In this document: one piece after another, positions 48,599 through 59,002 of the stretch
Layout: each line of letters opens with the position of its first letter
Position numbering within the stretch: the stretch's first letter is position 1
From: Clostridia bacterium
GTDB lineage: Bacteria > Bacillota > Clostridia > UMGS1883
NCBI GenBank assembly: GCA_051866635.1
Contig: JBJDXJ010000063.1
Span: 16,820 to 80,819 of the forward strand
DNA: 64,000 bases
Direction of reading: 5' to 3'
The notes under the pieces: model-generated
Databases searched by the model: none
What the model saw: only the letters and a program-made list of their open reading frames with translations
What the model was told of the DNA's origin: nothing
Translations under genes and position numbers: made by a program

Positions 48599-49798
48599 TT
48601 ACTTATATACTCTGATTTTTGATAATACATTGCCTATTTTATCTGCCTTTGCATCAAATTCCGCCTCAGAAATGTTTTCTGTTACAAAAGCACCCTTAAT
48701 GCCTTCAATAAACTGTACTTCGCCGAAAACAGCCTTTATATCATCCTCACTTGACGTTGTTCGTACAAGGAATTTATTTTCTTCCTGCATCATATCGAAG
48801 AAAGCATCCTTATCCTCATTTGTCCAGGAGAAGTTTTTGTCAAAGCTGAATTTATTTCTGACAACATCCATCAAATCACCTACTACCGCACTTGCAGTTG
48901 CTTCTTTACCTGCACCTCTGCCGTACATCATAACGTCATCGACCATGTCGCCCGTAACAAGGATTGCGTTAAATACATCTCCTGCAGAATATAAGGGACA
49001 GCTTTTGGGAATAACCATAGGACAAACCCTTACTTTCACCTTTTTATCTTCAATATTACTGTAACCTATAAGCTTTACGGCTGAGTCTAAAGCCTCTGCA
49101 CATTTAACATCTTCTTCGGTTATATTTGTAATACCTTCACAGGGAATTTTTTCATCATCAATTTCACAGCCTGTTACAAGGGATGTGAGAATTGAGATTT
49201 TACGCATTGTGTCAAAGCCACAAACATCTGCCGTGGGGTCTTTTTCGGCATAGCCAAGCTTTTGTGCATCGGCAAGTGCCTTGTCAAAGGACTGATTTTC
49301 GCTAAACATCTTTGTTAAGATATAATTTGTAGTACCGTTTATAATACCGTATATCTTCTTTATATTATTTGCTCCAAGGCAATTTACCAAGGGTCGTATA
49401 ATTGGAATACCGCCACCCACAGATGCTTCAAACATATATGAAACATTGTGCTTTTTAGCAAGACGGAAAAGCTCTGTACCCTTTTTTGAAACAAGCTCTT
49501 TATTACTTGTTACAACGCTTTTACCTGCCATAAGCATTTTCTTTGTAAATTCATACGCAAATGTTGCACCGCCCATAGTTTCAGCAACTAATTTTACTTC
49601 GGGGTCATTTGCAATAATGTCAGCATCCTTTACAAAAAGGTGCTTTTGGGGGTGATTGTCAAAGTCGCGTATATCTAAAATGTAGGCAACTTCTAACTTT
49701 TCACCAATCTTTTTTGTAATAGTCTCGGCATTTTTAGTAACGATATCATAAACACCGCTACCCACAACGCCGTAGCCCATTATTGCCATTTTTGTCAT
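48599..49798 (-). CDS. hom: Homoserine dehydrogenase
   Basis: 'GYGVVGSG', 'FEASVGGGIP', 'NGTTNYIL', 'GYAEKDPTAD'. Confidence 0.95.
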   Translation of the reverse strand: MTKMAIMGYGVVGSGVYDIVTKNAETITKKIGEKLEVAYILDIRDFDNHPQKHLFVKDADIIANDPEVKLVAETMGGATFAYEFTKKMLMAGKSVVTSNKELVSKKGTELFRLAKKHNVSYMFEASVGGGIPIIRPLVNCLGANNIKKIYGIINGTTNYILTKMFSENQSFDKALADAQKLGYAEKDPTADVCGFDTMRKISILTSLVTGCEIDDEKIPCEGITNITEEDVKCAEALDSAVKLIGYSNIEDKKVKVRVCPMVIPKSCPLYSAGDVFNAILVTGDMVDDVMMYGRGAGKEATASAVVGDLMDVVRNKFSFDKNFSWTNEDKDAFFDMMQEENKFLVRTTSSEDDIKAVFGEVQFIEGIKGAFVTENISEAEFDAKADKIGNVLSKIRVYK

Positions 49799-49840
49799 TG
49801 GTTATCCTCCTCAAACAAGGCTTATGCCATAAAATGCATT

Positions 49841-50278
49841 TTACTGTTTTGCCAGAATTTTCACACTTCTGACGCCTGCAATTTTGTTAATCTCGGTTAT
49901 AAGCCTGTCAACGCTTGTTTTCATCAAATCGGTTTTCAAGGTAAAGTGAACATTTGCAACACCATCTGTAGGTACACTTTGATTAATTGTAAGAACAGAA
50001 CAGTTTGCCGCGGATATGACTTTCAGCATTTCCGATAAAATACCCTTTAAATCAACAACAACTGCCATTATTGTAAGAACACCCTGCATCTGATTAAAGT
50101 CAAATACATGGTCCTTATACTTATAATATGCACTTCTGCTGATGCCTGTTTTTTCCACCGCTTCGTTAACGGTTTTAACCTCCTCTGACTCTAAAAGCCT
50201 TTTGGAAGTCAACACCTTTAAAAATACTTCGGGCAAAACTTTGGTATCTACCAGAATAAATTCCCTTCCTTGGTCCAA
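49841..50278 (-). CDS. ThrR/PheB-like HTH-ACT regulator (UPF0735)
   Basis: 'VLPEVFLKV...GISRSAYYKYKD' plus ACT domain; TTG start after GGAGG; upstream of hom. Confidence 0.85.
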   Translation of the reverse strand: MDQGREFILVDTKVLPEVFLKVLTSKRLLESEEVKTVNEAVEKTGISRSAYYKYKDHVFDFNQMQGVLTIMAVVVDLKGILSEMLKVISAANCSVLTINQSVPTDGVANVHFTLKTDLMKTSVDRLITEINKIAGVRSVKILAKQ

Positions 50279-50399
50279 AACTGTCCACCTCCCAAACACA
50301 TTTGTTTTTACTATATTAACCTATATTTATTGATTTGTCAACAACAAATATACATAAAGCAAAATATTTTTTCACTTTATATGCTTTTTTCGATATAGC

Positions 50400-50435
50400 G
50401 AAAAAAGCGTCCACAGCACAAGCCATGAACGCTTC
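50400..50435 (-). terminator. Terminator of small lipoprotein gene
   Basis: Minus strand gaagcgttcatggc...gctgtggacgctttttt. Confidence 0.6.
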
Positions 50436-50446
50436 TGTTTTCAATT

Positions 50447-50578
50447 TTATTCAGCGATTGTTGCTTCTGTAACGTCAGTAGGAATTTCTTCAATTTCAAC
50501 TGCTTCATTTGAATTACAAGCTACGAGTGCTGCTACAGCAAGGATGATAGCTACACCAAGTGTTAAAAATATCTTCAT
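50447..50578 (-). CDS. 43-aa lipoprotein (absent from ORF track)
   Basis: MKIFLTLGVAIILAVAALVACNSNEAVEIEEIPTDVTEATIAE; GAAGGGAG RBS, lipobox LVAC, upstream TTGACA, own terminator. Confidence 0.75.
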   Translation of the reverse strand: MKIFLTLGVAIILAVAALVACNSNEAVEIEEIPTDVTEATIAE

Positions 50579-50763
50579 AGTTACAACTCCCTTCAAAGTA
50601 AAAATCAACCTTATGCATTATAATAAATTCTTATAAGACTTGTCAATACTTTTAAAACAGATTTTTAAACTTTATGTAAATTATACTTAAAAACCAAAAA
50701 ACTCTTTACTATCTTTGTTAAATATGTTATAATAGGGTCACGAATGTTAAGGAGGATATGATA

Positions 50764-51057
50764 ATGGCAAAAACGGTAAAGGCAAAAGATTGCCTCACAT
50801 ATAAGGATAAGCCTCTTATGCGCTCAGGGAACAAAATTTATTACGGCAACCCATCGGACCGCTACATTATTTTGTTCACCATTGAGTCTGTAAAGCAAGT
50901 GGAAGATTTGTCTGTTGCTGATAAGGTAACTATTGAACTTATGACAAATTCCGGTAAGGAAAAGGAAAAGGTTTATAAAAAAGCTGTCAGAAGCGGTCTT
51001 TTCGAAGCATTGGACATTGCTGAATTCTGGCTTAGTGACGCATTGGCAAATGGTTAA
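50764..51057 (+). CDS. Conserved hypothetical protein
   Basis: AAGGAGG RBS, upstream TGTTATAAT, downstream hairpin. Confidence 0.75.
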   Translation: MAKTVKAKDCLTYKDKPLMRSGNKIYYGNPSDRYIILFTIESVKQVEDLSVADKVTIELMTNSGKEKEKVYKKAVRSGLFEALDIAEFWLSDALANG

Positions 51058-51084
51058 AAAAGTCGGGATAAAATCCCGACTTTT
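51056..51084 (+). terminator. Terminator
   Basis: aaaagtcgggat / atcccgactttt. Confidence 0.75.
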
Positions 51085-51103
51085 CTCTTATGCAGGTGAT
51101 TTT

Positions 51104-52468
51104 ATGAAAAAAAAGTTTTTTGTACTGTTTTCGACTGTATTTATATCCTTACTTTTTTTGGGAATGTGGGTTTCTGCAGAAGGTTATATTTTCACATCAA
51201 AGGAAATTTTCCATGTACCCTATTCCTCGTCAATTAAAGTTGTAAATGCTGATCACGGTGTTTATACAGCAGACAGTTTGGAGGAAATTGAATATCTTAT
51301 TAATGCCGGCATTATAGATACATATGAAGAAGAAGGCTACTGTACCCTTTTCGACTATGAATTGTCGGACCCTTATTATGATAATCAGAAGGCTTACCTT
51401 TCCCGGATTTTTACCCAGTTTGCATGGAACAGAAATGTTTTCGGAAAAGATGTAAAAATTGCAATTATTGATTCGGGGCTTTATGAGGCAGCATCTGACT
51501 TTAATACAAAAAATATCATCCGTGCATATGACTACACATCTACTTCTGAAAACTCAGGTGTTTATTACTGTATGGACGAAAACGGTCACGGCAGTATGGT
51601 TGCAGGCATTATCGCCGCAGGACACAACACCCGTGGCATTGCGGGGATTGCACCAAATTCTTCACTTTATATTTTCAAGTGCTTTGACAAAGACAGACGC
51701 ACAAAAAACAGCTATCTTATTGACGCTGTTTACAGGGCAGTTGACGAATATGATGTTGATATAATAAATATGAGCTTTGGCGGAACAAATTCCACAGTTT
51801 TTAAAGAAGCAATAGACTATGCTGAAAGTAAAGGCGTTTTACTTGTAGCCGCCGCAGGAAATGACGGGAACCTTAGTTCAAATGTATACTACCCTGCATC
51901 ATATGACAACGTGATTTCTGTGGGCAGTTTAGGTGAAGACGGTCACAGGGCAAGCCATTCACAGCGTAATGACTATGTAAATGTATTAGCCCCGGGTGAA
52001 AAAATTTATTCCGTAACAATCGGCGGATATGAATCGGGGAACGGTACAAGCTTTGCAACACCTATTGTATCGGCTTCTGCGGCGTTGGCGTTAAGTTTAA
52101 ACCCCAATTTGACAAATAAAGATTTGCAAAGTATGATTTATCAGACTGCAGATGAAATGGAGGACAGATATTCAGGTTTCGGTTCACTTAATATACAGGC
52201 ACTTTTAACGTATGTGAAAGCCACAGACTCGGAGGATTTAATCTATTCATCAAACGGAAGTACGGTATATTTTTCTTATATCCCTCCACAAGGCTACAGA
52301 GGATATTTCACAACATATAACGATAAAATGTTGTCAAGTGTATTTACAGTTGATGAAGGCGTATTTATCAAGGGCGATACAAAATATTTAAATTCATTCA
52401 AACTTTTAGTCTGGGACAAAAATACACTGTCCCCCTATAAAAACACAATAACCAAAACAGAATATTAA
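51104..52468 (+). CDS. Secreted S8 subtilase
   Basis: Triad 'IIDSG', 'NGHG', 'GTSFATP'; 'AAAGND'; signal peptide. Confidence 0.92.
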   Translation: MKKKFFVLFSTVFISLLFLGMWVSAEGYIFTSKEIFHVPYSSSIKVVNADHGVYTADSLEEIEYLINAGIIDTYEEEGYCTLFDYELSDPYYDNQKAYLSRIFTQFAWNRNVFGKDVKIAIIDSGLYEAASDFNTKNIIRAYDYTSTSENSGVYYCMDENGHGSMVAGIIAAGHNTRGIAGIAPNSSLYIFKCFDKDRRTKNSYLIDAVYRAVDEYDVDIINMSFGGTNSTVFKEAIDYAESKGVLLVAAAGNDGNLSSNVYYPASYDNVISVGSLGEDGHRASHSQRNDYVNVLAPGEKIYSVTIGGYESGNGTSFATPIVSASAALALSLNPNLTNKDLQSMIYQTADEMEDRYSGFGSLNIQALLTYVKATDSEDLIYSSNGSTVYFSYIPPQGYRGYFTTYNDKMLSSVFTVDEGVFIKGDTKYLNSFKLLVWDKNTLSPYKNTITKTEY

Positions 52469-52478
52469 AGGAGAAGTT

Positions 52479-52745
52479 ATGGAACGCAGTTTAATTTTTT
52501 TCATTATTATAGTAGCCCTTTGCTACTTTGAAACACTTCTTTCAAACCGTGACAACAAATACTTAGGTTGGATTTTGCCCATTCTTACATTTGTTTTCAC
52601 AGTTGTCATGGGAATAATGTGGGCAGATTCATTTTCAATTGCAAAATTTATTACAACACTTATTTTCACAAACATCCCCACCTACATATTAATTATTCTT
52701 TACCGTGTGGGAAGGGGTCGTCACTACAAAAATTCAATAAAGTAA
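52479..52745 (+). CDS. Small membrane protein
   Basis: Three TM segments, 'GWILP', 'NIPT'; AGGAG RBS. Confidence 0.7.
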   Translation: MERSLIFFIIIVALCYFETLLSNRDNKYLGWILPILTFVFTVVMGIMWADSFSIAKFITTLIFTNIPTYILIILYRVGRGRHYKNSIK

Positions 52746-52748
52746 TCT

Positions 52749-52789
52749 AAAAAACTAAAGGTTGGGCATCGCCCAACCTTTAGTTTTTT
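52749..52789. terminator. Bidirectional terminator
   Basis: aaaaaactaaaggttgggc / gcccaacctttagtttttt. Confidence 0.9.
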
Positions 52790-52798
52790 GATCAATGG

Positions 52799-55700
52799 TT
52801 ATTCACAAGTAACTTCACCCAAGCCTGTAACAAATGCCTTGACCTTGGCACTGTCCCCCACATTGTCAAATACTATTGTTTTGTAAAGTCCCTTTGCAAT
52901 GCGTGTGGCTTCTGTTGTAACAGTGCCTTCTTCTTCCATTATGAGAACAAGGTCCACATATTCTTTATCTGTGTTAAGCACAGTTATTTCCGCCTTGCCA
53001 TCCTTCTTTTCAAAGTTAATTACAATAGGACCTTGGGGGATAAATACCGCATCTGCCAGAACTGCATCACAAAAATCATTACTTTGTCCGTTAGCATTTA
53101 CAGTGATTGTCATTTCCTTTGCATCGGAAACATCAATTGCCACGCTCTCACTTCCGCTACGCATGCTCACATCAGCCTTTTTATACACAACTTCGCCATC
53201 AAGAGAAATTGTCACAGTAGAAGACGCCTGGAACATATTTCTGTCAAATCTTCCGCCCATGCTTCTGAAGTCAAAATCGTTCTTTCCTATTACTGCATTG
53301 AAAACGTGGTTTGTCATGTCGGACACATCATACGTAACACTACCGTTTTTAAGCGTTATGCCCTTTTCGTATTTAACAGCGGGTGCCCAGTAATCATTAC
53401 CACGCATGTTAATCAAATTACCGTTAAAATCGCTGTCCTTTGCAATTTGGGCAGTTTTATCTTTCCACTCCATGTCGGAAAGGTACTTATTGTCAGGTGC
53501 AAAGTAAATCCTGTAATCACCTATAATGGCTTTTTTATCGTCCTGATTGACCACGCCTGTATCGGATGTAACTTTAACCGAGGTGTTTGTTCTGTAAACA
53601 TAACGGTAAAATCCCGGAGTAAATGCCTTATACCTTTCGTTATCAATATCAACAGTGTGCACACCCGAAAAATCTACATCATAATCTTCATTAGTAGCAA
53701 TATAAAAGCTATAGCCGTATTCGTTATCGGTAAGCTTATATTCGTAATTGTCACTAACGCCTGCAATATAACCACCTATTCTGAAATATGCCTTATCTTC
53801 CTTCTTTATATCTTCATCATGGTCGGCATCATATATGGCATAGGGGGAATAATTATGTACCTGCACCTGCAATGGTGTGTCACAGGCAGATGTAAAGAGA
53901 ATGTTTTTATCACCCTTCGTTAAAACTAAGGTATATGCAATACGGTTTCCGTTTTCCTGAGGGATTGCATAATTATCTGTTAATTCATCTACCGAGGCTA
54001 GGTAAACATTTAATTCTGCCACATTTCTTCTGTCGGGGTAAACACTGTGTTTACTTCCCAGCCATTTTACATTATCATAGTCACCTACGCCACGGAAACC
54101 AACAAATGTGGGCTTTTCAGCATTGTCGCTGAATACAGACTGCATTGAAACTGACAAGTTGCCGCCTTCTGTCATGTAGTAGGCTATATTAAGCCATCCT
54201 TCCGTAACGGTGCTTGAAAGTTCGATGTAAAGCACATCGTTTTCAACCTTCATGCTCTTATGTATCCAGTCCTCCATGCTGTACTGTCCGTTTTCCATTT
54301 CCGAAATAGTTTCTTCACGAAGAACGGTGGGATACATGGCTTCCTCTAATCTTTCACCTTTTTCATCGGAAATACTTAAAATTTTCCCCTCAAAGTCAAC
54401 TTCAGCCTTAACATTTTTAGAAGTCCATGTAACACTGCTTTCACCAACTACAGGTGTAACTTTATTTTGCTCTGTAACCTTTTTAGGTTCAGCCTTTGGA
54501 AGAAGGGCATCACCCATCAGACAGCATTTCATCTCATATGCTTCAGGGTGCGGTTCACGTGTTGACGTAAATAATCCTGTTAAGCACTTGTAGTAGCTGT
54601 TGGGTTCATCGCCAAAGTCACCGCCGTATGCCAAAAACTCATAGGACTTATCTTCATTAACAGTGACATTATCAAAAGAAACAGAAGAAATACAGCTGTC
54701 CTCCCCACTCTTTTCAATAAATTCATCAATGGTAAGGATTTTATCGTAAATCTTCACATATTCAATGGCAACAGCACCGTTGCCTTCCCCTACCGTATAA
54801 CCGCCCTTTAACTGAACATTACATTCCATGTTTGCCTTAAAGCTTCTGGAGGTAAAAAGCTGCATTTCACCGTCTGCGTACACTGCCGCAACCATGCCTT
54901 CGCCGCCGTCTGCATCAATGCTTTTACCGCCTGCCGTAAGGCGTATTCTGTAGTCTATTGTTTCAAGCCTTATACTCTTATCATCAGTTTCAAAAATTAC
55001 TCTGTCACGGTTTGCGTTTGAAATATATGAAAGGACAGTGAATTCATCCATGGGCTTTACTTCTCTTTTATATGTACCCTTGCCTAACATATCAACGCCT
55101 TTATAGTTAGTTATTTCTCCGTCAATCTGCACATTTTCACCTGTAACATCATCTTTCACTGTGAACACATATGCGTTTTTTGTGTAGTAAAGCTCTTTAT
55201 CGGCAAATTCGTCAACAAAACCGCCTACGTTGCCCTCTCCTAATGTTTTCACCCAATCCTTCATACCACCTGTGTTTCCGAACACTTTAAAATCAGGTGC
55301 AAAGTTAACTTCCTGTGCCACAGGGCGTTTGTCCAGGGATTTCACTTCTTCAATAAGCTGTTCACTGTTGCCGTCGCCGCTTCCCACTGACCACATAATA
55401 ACGGATTTATAAGAATGATTTTCAATCATTTGTTTTATTCGCTTTTTTGCAGTTTCCATATCACGGTCTGCATAGGAAAGATTTACGTTTGCCTCATCAA
55501 TTACATAAAGCCCTAATTTCTCTGCTTTTTGATAAAAGTATAGGGGTGCACAGCTTGTCCATACGGCATTGAAACCGTATTCCATTATAAGCTGTAAATC
55601 CTTATCTATCTGTTCATTTGTTATTACATTACCCGTCATAGGATGTGTGGGCGTGTACTTAACACCTTTTAAAACAACCTCTTTACCGTCAATAATAAGG

Positions 55701-56299
55701 CAGTTTTCCTTTATCGTAACATCAACATTTGCTCTTCTTTGTGAAATTGAGTTTGTTACGGTAACACTGCCCATAATGCCTGAAAGAGCAAAATCGTCTG
55801 TCTTGTTTATACCACTCTTATTCCTTTTAACAACACAGACAATTGTGTTTTTTTTAAAGTTTGACGGCATACTGAATAGCACCGCACCCATGGCACCGTT
55901 CTTGCTCTCCCCGGCTTTTTTGCCGTCAACGTAAACTGTCAATTCGTCAGCTACGTTCTCAAATTTCAGCATAAAGCTTTCGCCCACAACGTGCGGAAGT
56001 TCTATCTTATAAACCCCTGCACTTCTGACACCGTCGTCCTCTGCCATACCCCATTGGCCTGCAGTTTCATAATAATAGCCCGGGGTTCCGTAGCCCTGAA
56101 GTTCCATTGCACCGGGCACCTGTATTTTATCCTCAAAAACAATCTTTGTTACGTCCTCAGGCACGTCATTAGCATCTGCGTAGTACTTAAAGTCCCACTG
56201 CCCGTCAAGCACAAGGTCATAAGGCTGTTGTGCATGCACTATGGGCATAACGCAAAGGATCATCACCAATGCCACAACCAAACTCAAAGCTTTTTTCAT
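52799..56299 (-). CDS. Secreted GH2 beta-galactosidase-like protein with LamG-like insert and NPCBM-like module; active site degenerate
   Basis: 'LDGQWDF', 'LGLYVIDEAN', 'AYGGDFGDEPN', 'YPDR', 'PQENGNR'; WSxGNE replaced by WSVGSG. Confidence 0.8.
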   Translation of the reverse strand: MKKALSLVVALVMILCVMPIVHAQQPYDLVLDGQWDFKYYADANDVPEDVTKIVFEDKIQVPGAMELQGYGTPGYYYETAGQWGMAEDDGVRSAGVYKIELPHVVGESFMLKFENVADELTVYVDGKKAGESKNGAMGAVLFSMPSNFKKNTIVCVVKRNKSGINKTDDFALSGIMGSVTVTNSISQRRANVDVTIKENCLIIDGKEVVLKGVKYTPTHPMTGNVITNEQIDKDLQLIMEYGFNAVWTSCAPLYFYQKAEKLGLYVIDEANVNLSYADRDMETAKKRIKQMIENHSYKSVIMWSVGSGDGNSEQLIEEVKSLDKRPVAQEVNFAPDFKVFGNTGGMKDWVKTLGEGNVGGFVDEFADKELYYTKNAYVFTVKDDVTGENVQIDGEITNYKGVDMLGKGTYKREVKPMDEFTVLSYISNANRDRVIFETDDKSIRLETIDYRIRLTAGGKSIDADGGEGMVAAVYADGEMQLFTSRSFKANMECNVQLKGGYTVGEGNGAVAIEYVKIYDKILTIDEFIEKSGEDSCISSVSFDNVTVNEDKSYEFLAYGGDFGDEPNSYYKCLTGLFTSTREPHPEAYEMKCCLMGDALLPKAEPKKVTEQNKVTPVVGESSVTWTSKNVKAEVDFEGKILSISDEKGERLEEAMYPTVLREETISEMENGQYSMEDWIHKSMKVENDVLYIELSSTVTEGWLNIAYYMTEGGNLSVSMQSVFSDNAEKPTFVGFRGVGDYDNVKWLGSKHSVYPDRRNVAELNVYLASVDELTDNYAIPQENGNRIAYTLVLTKGDKNILFTSACDTPLQVQVHNYSPYAIYDADHDEDIKKEDKAYFRIGGYIAGVSDNYEYKLTDNEYGYSFYIATNEDYDVDFSGVHTVDIDNERYKAFTPGFYRYVYRTNTSVKVTSDTGVVNQDDKKAIIGDYRIYFAPDNKYLSDMEWKDKTAQIAKDSDFNGNLINMRGNDYWAPAVKYEKGITLKNGSVTYDVSDMTNHVFNAVIGKNDFDFRSMGGRFDRNMFQASSTVTISLDGEVVYKKADVSMRSGSESVAIDVSDAKEMTITVNANGQSNDFCDAVLADAVFIPQGPIVINFEKKDGKAEITVLNTDKEYVDLVLIMEEEGTVTTEATRIAKGLYKTIVFDNVGDSAKVKAFVTGLGEVTCE

Positions 56300-56322
56300 T
56301 TTGTCTCTCCCTTTCAAGCTTA

Positions 56323-57723
56323 TTATTTATTCAGATAATACTTTATCAATTCTTTTGCAATAGGAGCACAGCTACTGCCTGTTTTACCTGTGTATTCCTG
56401 CATAACACAAATTGCAATAGAAGGGTCCTCAACAGGAGCATAGCAAACAAACCACGCATGCTCCTTGCCTTCCTTTTCGTTTTCCGCAGTGCCTGTCTTG
56501 CCTGCAACGGTTACAGAGTCTATCTTGCAGCTTTTGCCTGTACCTGTATTTACACATTCAATCATATAACTTTCAATTTCATCTGCAATCTGTTTTGACA
56601 CCGCTGTTTTCCACACAGCACTTTTATGCTCGTAAGATTTAGTGTTTCCGCTGTTATATGCCGCCTTTTCAACAATATAAGGCTCCATTATAATACCGTC
56701 ATTGGCAATAGCTGATGCAACAAGAGCCATATTAAGTGGCGTTACAAGAAGTTTTCCCTGACCTATACCGCAGGCTGCAATGTCCGTGTCACTCATTTTT
56801 TCGGGATAGCTGAATAATGATTTGGAAGTAGCAGTGTCAAAAGGTATTTTTTCACCTATGCCAAATCTTGATGCCATCTTTTTCAGATTATTCTCACCAA
56901 CCATTAAACCATACTTTGCAAACATTACGTTACTTGACTTTGCAAAGCCTGTTTTTGTGTCAATAAGACCGTATTTGTTAGAATCGTAGTTTTTAAATTC
57001 GTAACCGTCTATAACAAGGCTTCCTGTGTCCTCAACATCTTCTGCACAGCCTTTTTCCAGTGCCGCCGCCGCAGTAATTATCTTAAATGTTGAACCCGGT
57101 GCATACAAGCCTTGTGCGGCACGACCCAAAAAGGGAGCATTCTCATCCGTTGAAAGCTTACCAAAGTTTGCCTCTAAGCTTTCGGGGTTTGTATCAAAGG
57201 ACGGATTTGAATACATACACAGCACAGCACCTGTTTTGGGGTTCAATGCAACCACAGCACCGTTTTGTTTTTTCATAAGCTGTTCAGCCTTGGCTGTCAG
57301 GTCATTATTCAATGTAAGATACAAATCAGCACCCTTTTCCATTTGGGTTGAACCCGACAAGATATTTGAAAAGCTGTCAATGGCATTTGCCGTTACCATC
57401 TGTTCGTTGAAGGAGCTTTCCAAACCTGTTCTTCCGTACTGAACCATATTATAGCCTATAATATGGGCATACCTTTCACCATAGGGATAAACACGACTTT
57501 GCCCGTTCTCGTCTATCCTGCTGTAAGCAAGTATAACACCGTTATTGTCGTATATGCTTCCACGAAGGACGCTTTCCTCTCTCGCCCTTATACGCTTGTT
57601 GTATCCGCTTTCAATCACGCTTTCCGCTTCAAACAGTGTGAAATATGTCAGATACACCGCCAAGGAAAGAAACATAACACACATACAAACCATAAGCCAT
57701 ATAATTTTTTTATTATATTTCAT
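56323..57723 (-). CDS. Class B penicillin-binding protein (PbpA-like)
   Basis: 'PGSTFK' (SxxK), 'SSN', 'KTGTA'. Confidence 0.9.
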   Translation of the reverse strand: MKYNKKIIWLMVCMCVMFLSLAVYLTYFTLFEAESVIESGYNKRIRAREESVLRGSIYDNNGVILAYSRIDENGQSRVYPYGERYAHIIGYNMVQYGRTGLESSFNEQMVTANAIDSFSNILSGSTQMEKGADLYLTLNNDLTAKAEQLMKKQNGAVVALNPKTGAVLCMYSNPSFDTNPESLEANFGKLSTDENAPFLGRAAQGLYAPGSTFKIITAAAALEKGCAEDVEDTGSLVIDGYEFKNYDSNKYGLIDTKTGFAKSSNVMFAKYGLMVGENNLKKMASRFGIGEKIPFDTATSKSLFSYPEKMSDTDIAACGIGQGKLLVTPLNMALVASAIANDGIIMEPYIVEKAAYNSGNTKSYEHKSAVWKTAVSKQIADEIESYMIECVNTGTGKSCKIDSVTVAGKTGTAENEKEGKEHAWFVCYAPVEDPSIAICVMQEYTGKTGSSCAPIAKELIKYYLNK

Positions 57724-58978
57724 CTTCGATTTCCCTCCTTCTTGCGGAAATTCCCTGCAAAATTCCCAGTGACAGGAAGGTTACCACCATGGATGAACCT
57801 CCGTAGCTTATGAAGGGAAGTGTAATACCTGTTAGAGGAATAAGCTTTATTACACCGCCTATAATAACAAAGGTCTGTACACCAAGCATAACTCCTATTC
57901 CCATGGCAACAGCCTTATTAAATTCATTGCTTGTTGAAAGGGATATTTTAAAAGCTCTGTACACTAAAACGAAATAGAGCATAATAACTGCCATGCCGCC
58001 TAAAATGCCCATTTCTTCACAAATTGCGGAAAATATAAAATCGCTGTGTACTTCAGGTATATAATATGGGCTTCCCAGACCTATTCCCTGACCTGAGAAA
58101 CCGCCTTCACCTATTGCAAAAAGTGACTGTGTTATCTGGTAGCCTTTATTTGATGCATCACTGAAGGGATGGAGCCATGTTTCAATTCTTACCTTTATAT
58201 GGCTCATAAACGTTACACCTATAACACACATCAAAAGTGCCACCACAAAGTTTAAAGCAATAATTCTTTTTTCCCCGCCGTACACTGCCACAAACGCCAT
58301 ATATATTGCGAAGAATACCACCGCTGTACCCCAGTCACGCTGAAGCACAAGGAAAAACAAGAACAAATATGCAACAAGTGTAGCCGCATAATTCCTGCCA
58401 CGCTTAGTGTTATAAAGGGTTTTTAACGCCCACTGACCTTCCTTTGGTTCCTTATATTCGTTTGTGTAGACGCCTGCCAGAGTAAGAACGAACAGTATTT
58501 TTATCAGTTCACTTGGCTGGAAAGAAAGTCCGCCCAATCTCATCCAGCTTTTTGCACCGTGGCTTGAATAACCGAAAAGTGCAGTCATACAGAATAGCCC
58601 TATACCTGAAATAACATAAAGCTTGTTCAATTTATTCCAATGCTTTACCTTTTTGTATATGACGCTCACAATAAGAAACAGTGCAGTACCTACGGAAAAC
58701 CATATAACCTGTTTTTTACCGTGACCTGTTCCCAATCTTAAAAGCATAATAACACCGATAACCCCAAGCATTGAGGTTATCATAAAAATGTAGTTGTCAC
58801 CTAAGGGGAAAATTGCCAAAAGTCCGTATACAACCGCCATCGTCAGGCACATTCCGCCTAAAAGTATAAGCGTTTCAGGCTCTAAATACCCTTTGTTCAT
58901 GGTGACAAGTATACCGCCTAAAAGTGTGACAAGCAATATGTAAACCAAGGGTCTTACAGTAATTGTGTTGTTCCTCAT
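57713..58978 (-). CDS. SEDS family glycosyltransferase (FtsW/RodA)
   Basis: 'FQPSELIK', 'IPEVHSDFIF', 'PLTGITLPFISYGGSS'. Confidence 0.93.
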   Translation of the reverse strand: MRNNTITVRPLVYILLVTLLGGILVTMNKGYLEPETLILLGGMCLTMAVVYGLLAIFPLGDNYIFMITSMLGVIGVIMLLRLGTGHGKKQVIWFSVGTALFLIVSVIYKKVKHWNKLNKLYVISGIGLFCMTALFGYSSHGAKSWMRLGGLSFQPSELIKILFVLTLAGVYTNEYKEPKEGQWALKTLYNTKRGRNYAATLVAYLFLFFLVLQRDWGTAVVFFAIYMAFVAVYGGEKRIIALNFVVALLMCVIGVTFMSHIKVRIETWLHPFSDASNKGYQITQSLFAIGEGGFSGQGIGLGSPYYIPEVHSDFIFSAICEEMGILGGMAVIMLYFVLVYRAFKISLSTSNEFNKAVAMGIGVMLGVQTFVIIGGVIKLIPLTGITLPFISYGGSSMVVTFLSLGILQGISARRREIEDEI

Positions 58979-59002
58979 ATTTTCAGAACCTTTCCTAAAG
59001 TT

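Noticed and set aside
50280-50400. T-box or lysine riboswitch ahead of the thrR-like/hom/lysC genes
   Set aside because: Leader too short and lacks T-box or L-box motifs; a ThrR-type repressor explains regulation
53033-53923. 296-aa plus-strand ORF and other long antisense ORFs
   Set aside because: Antisense shadows of well-supported genes, with no RBS or recognisable motifs
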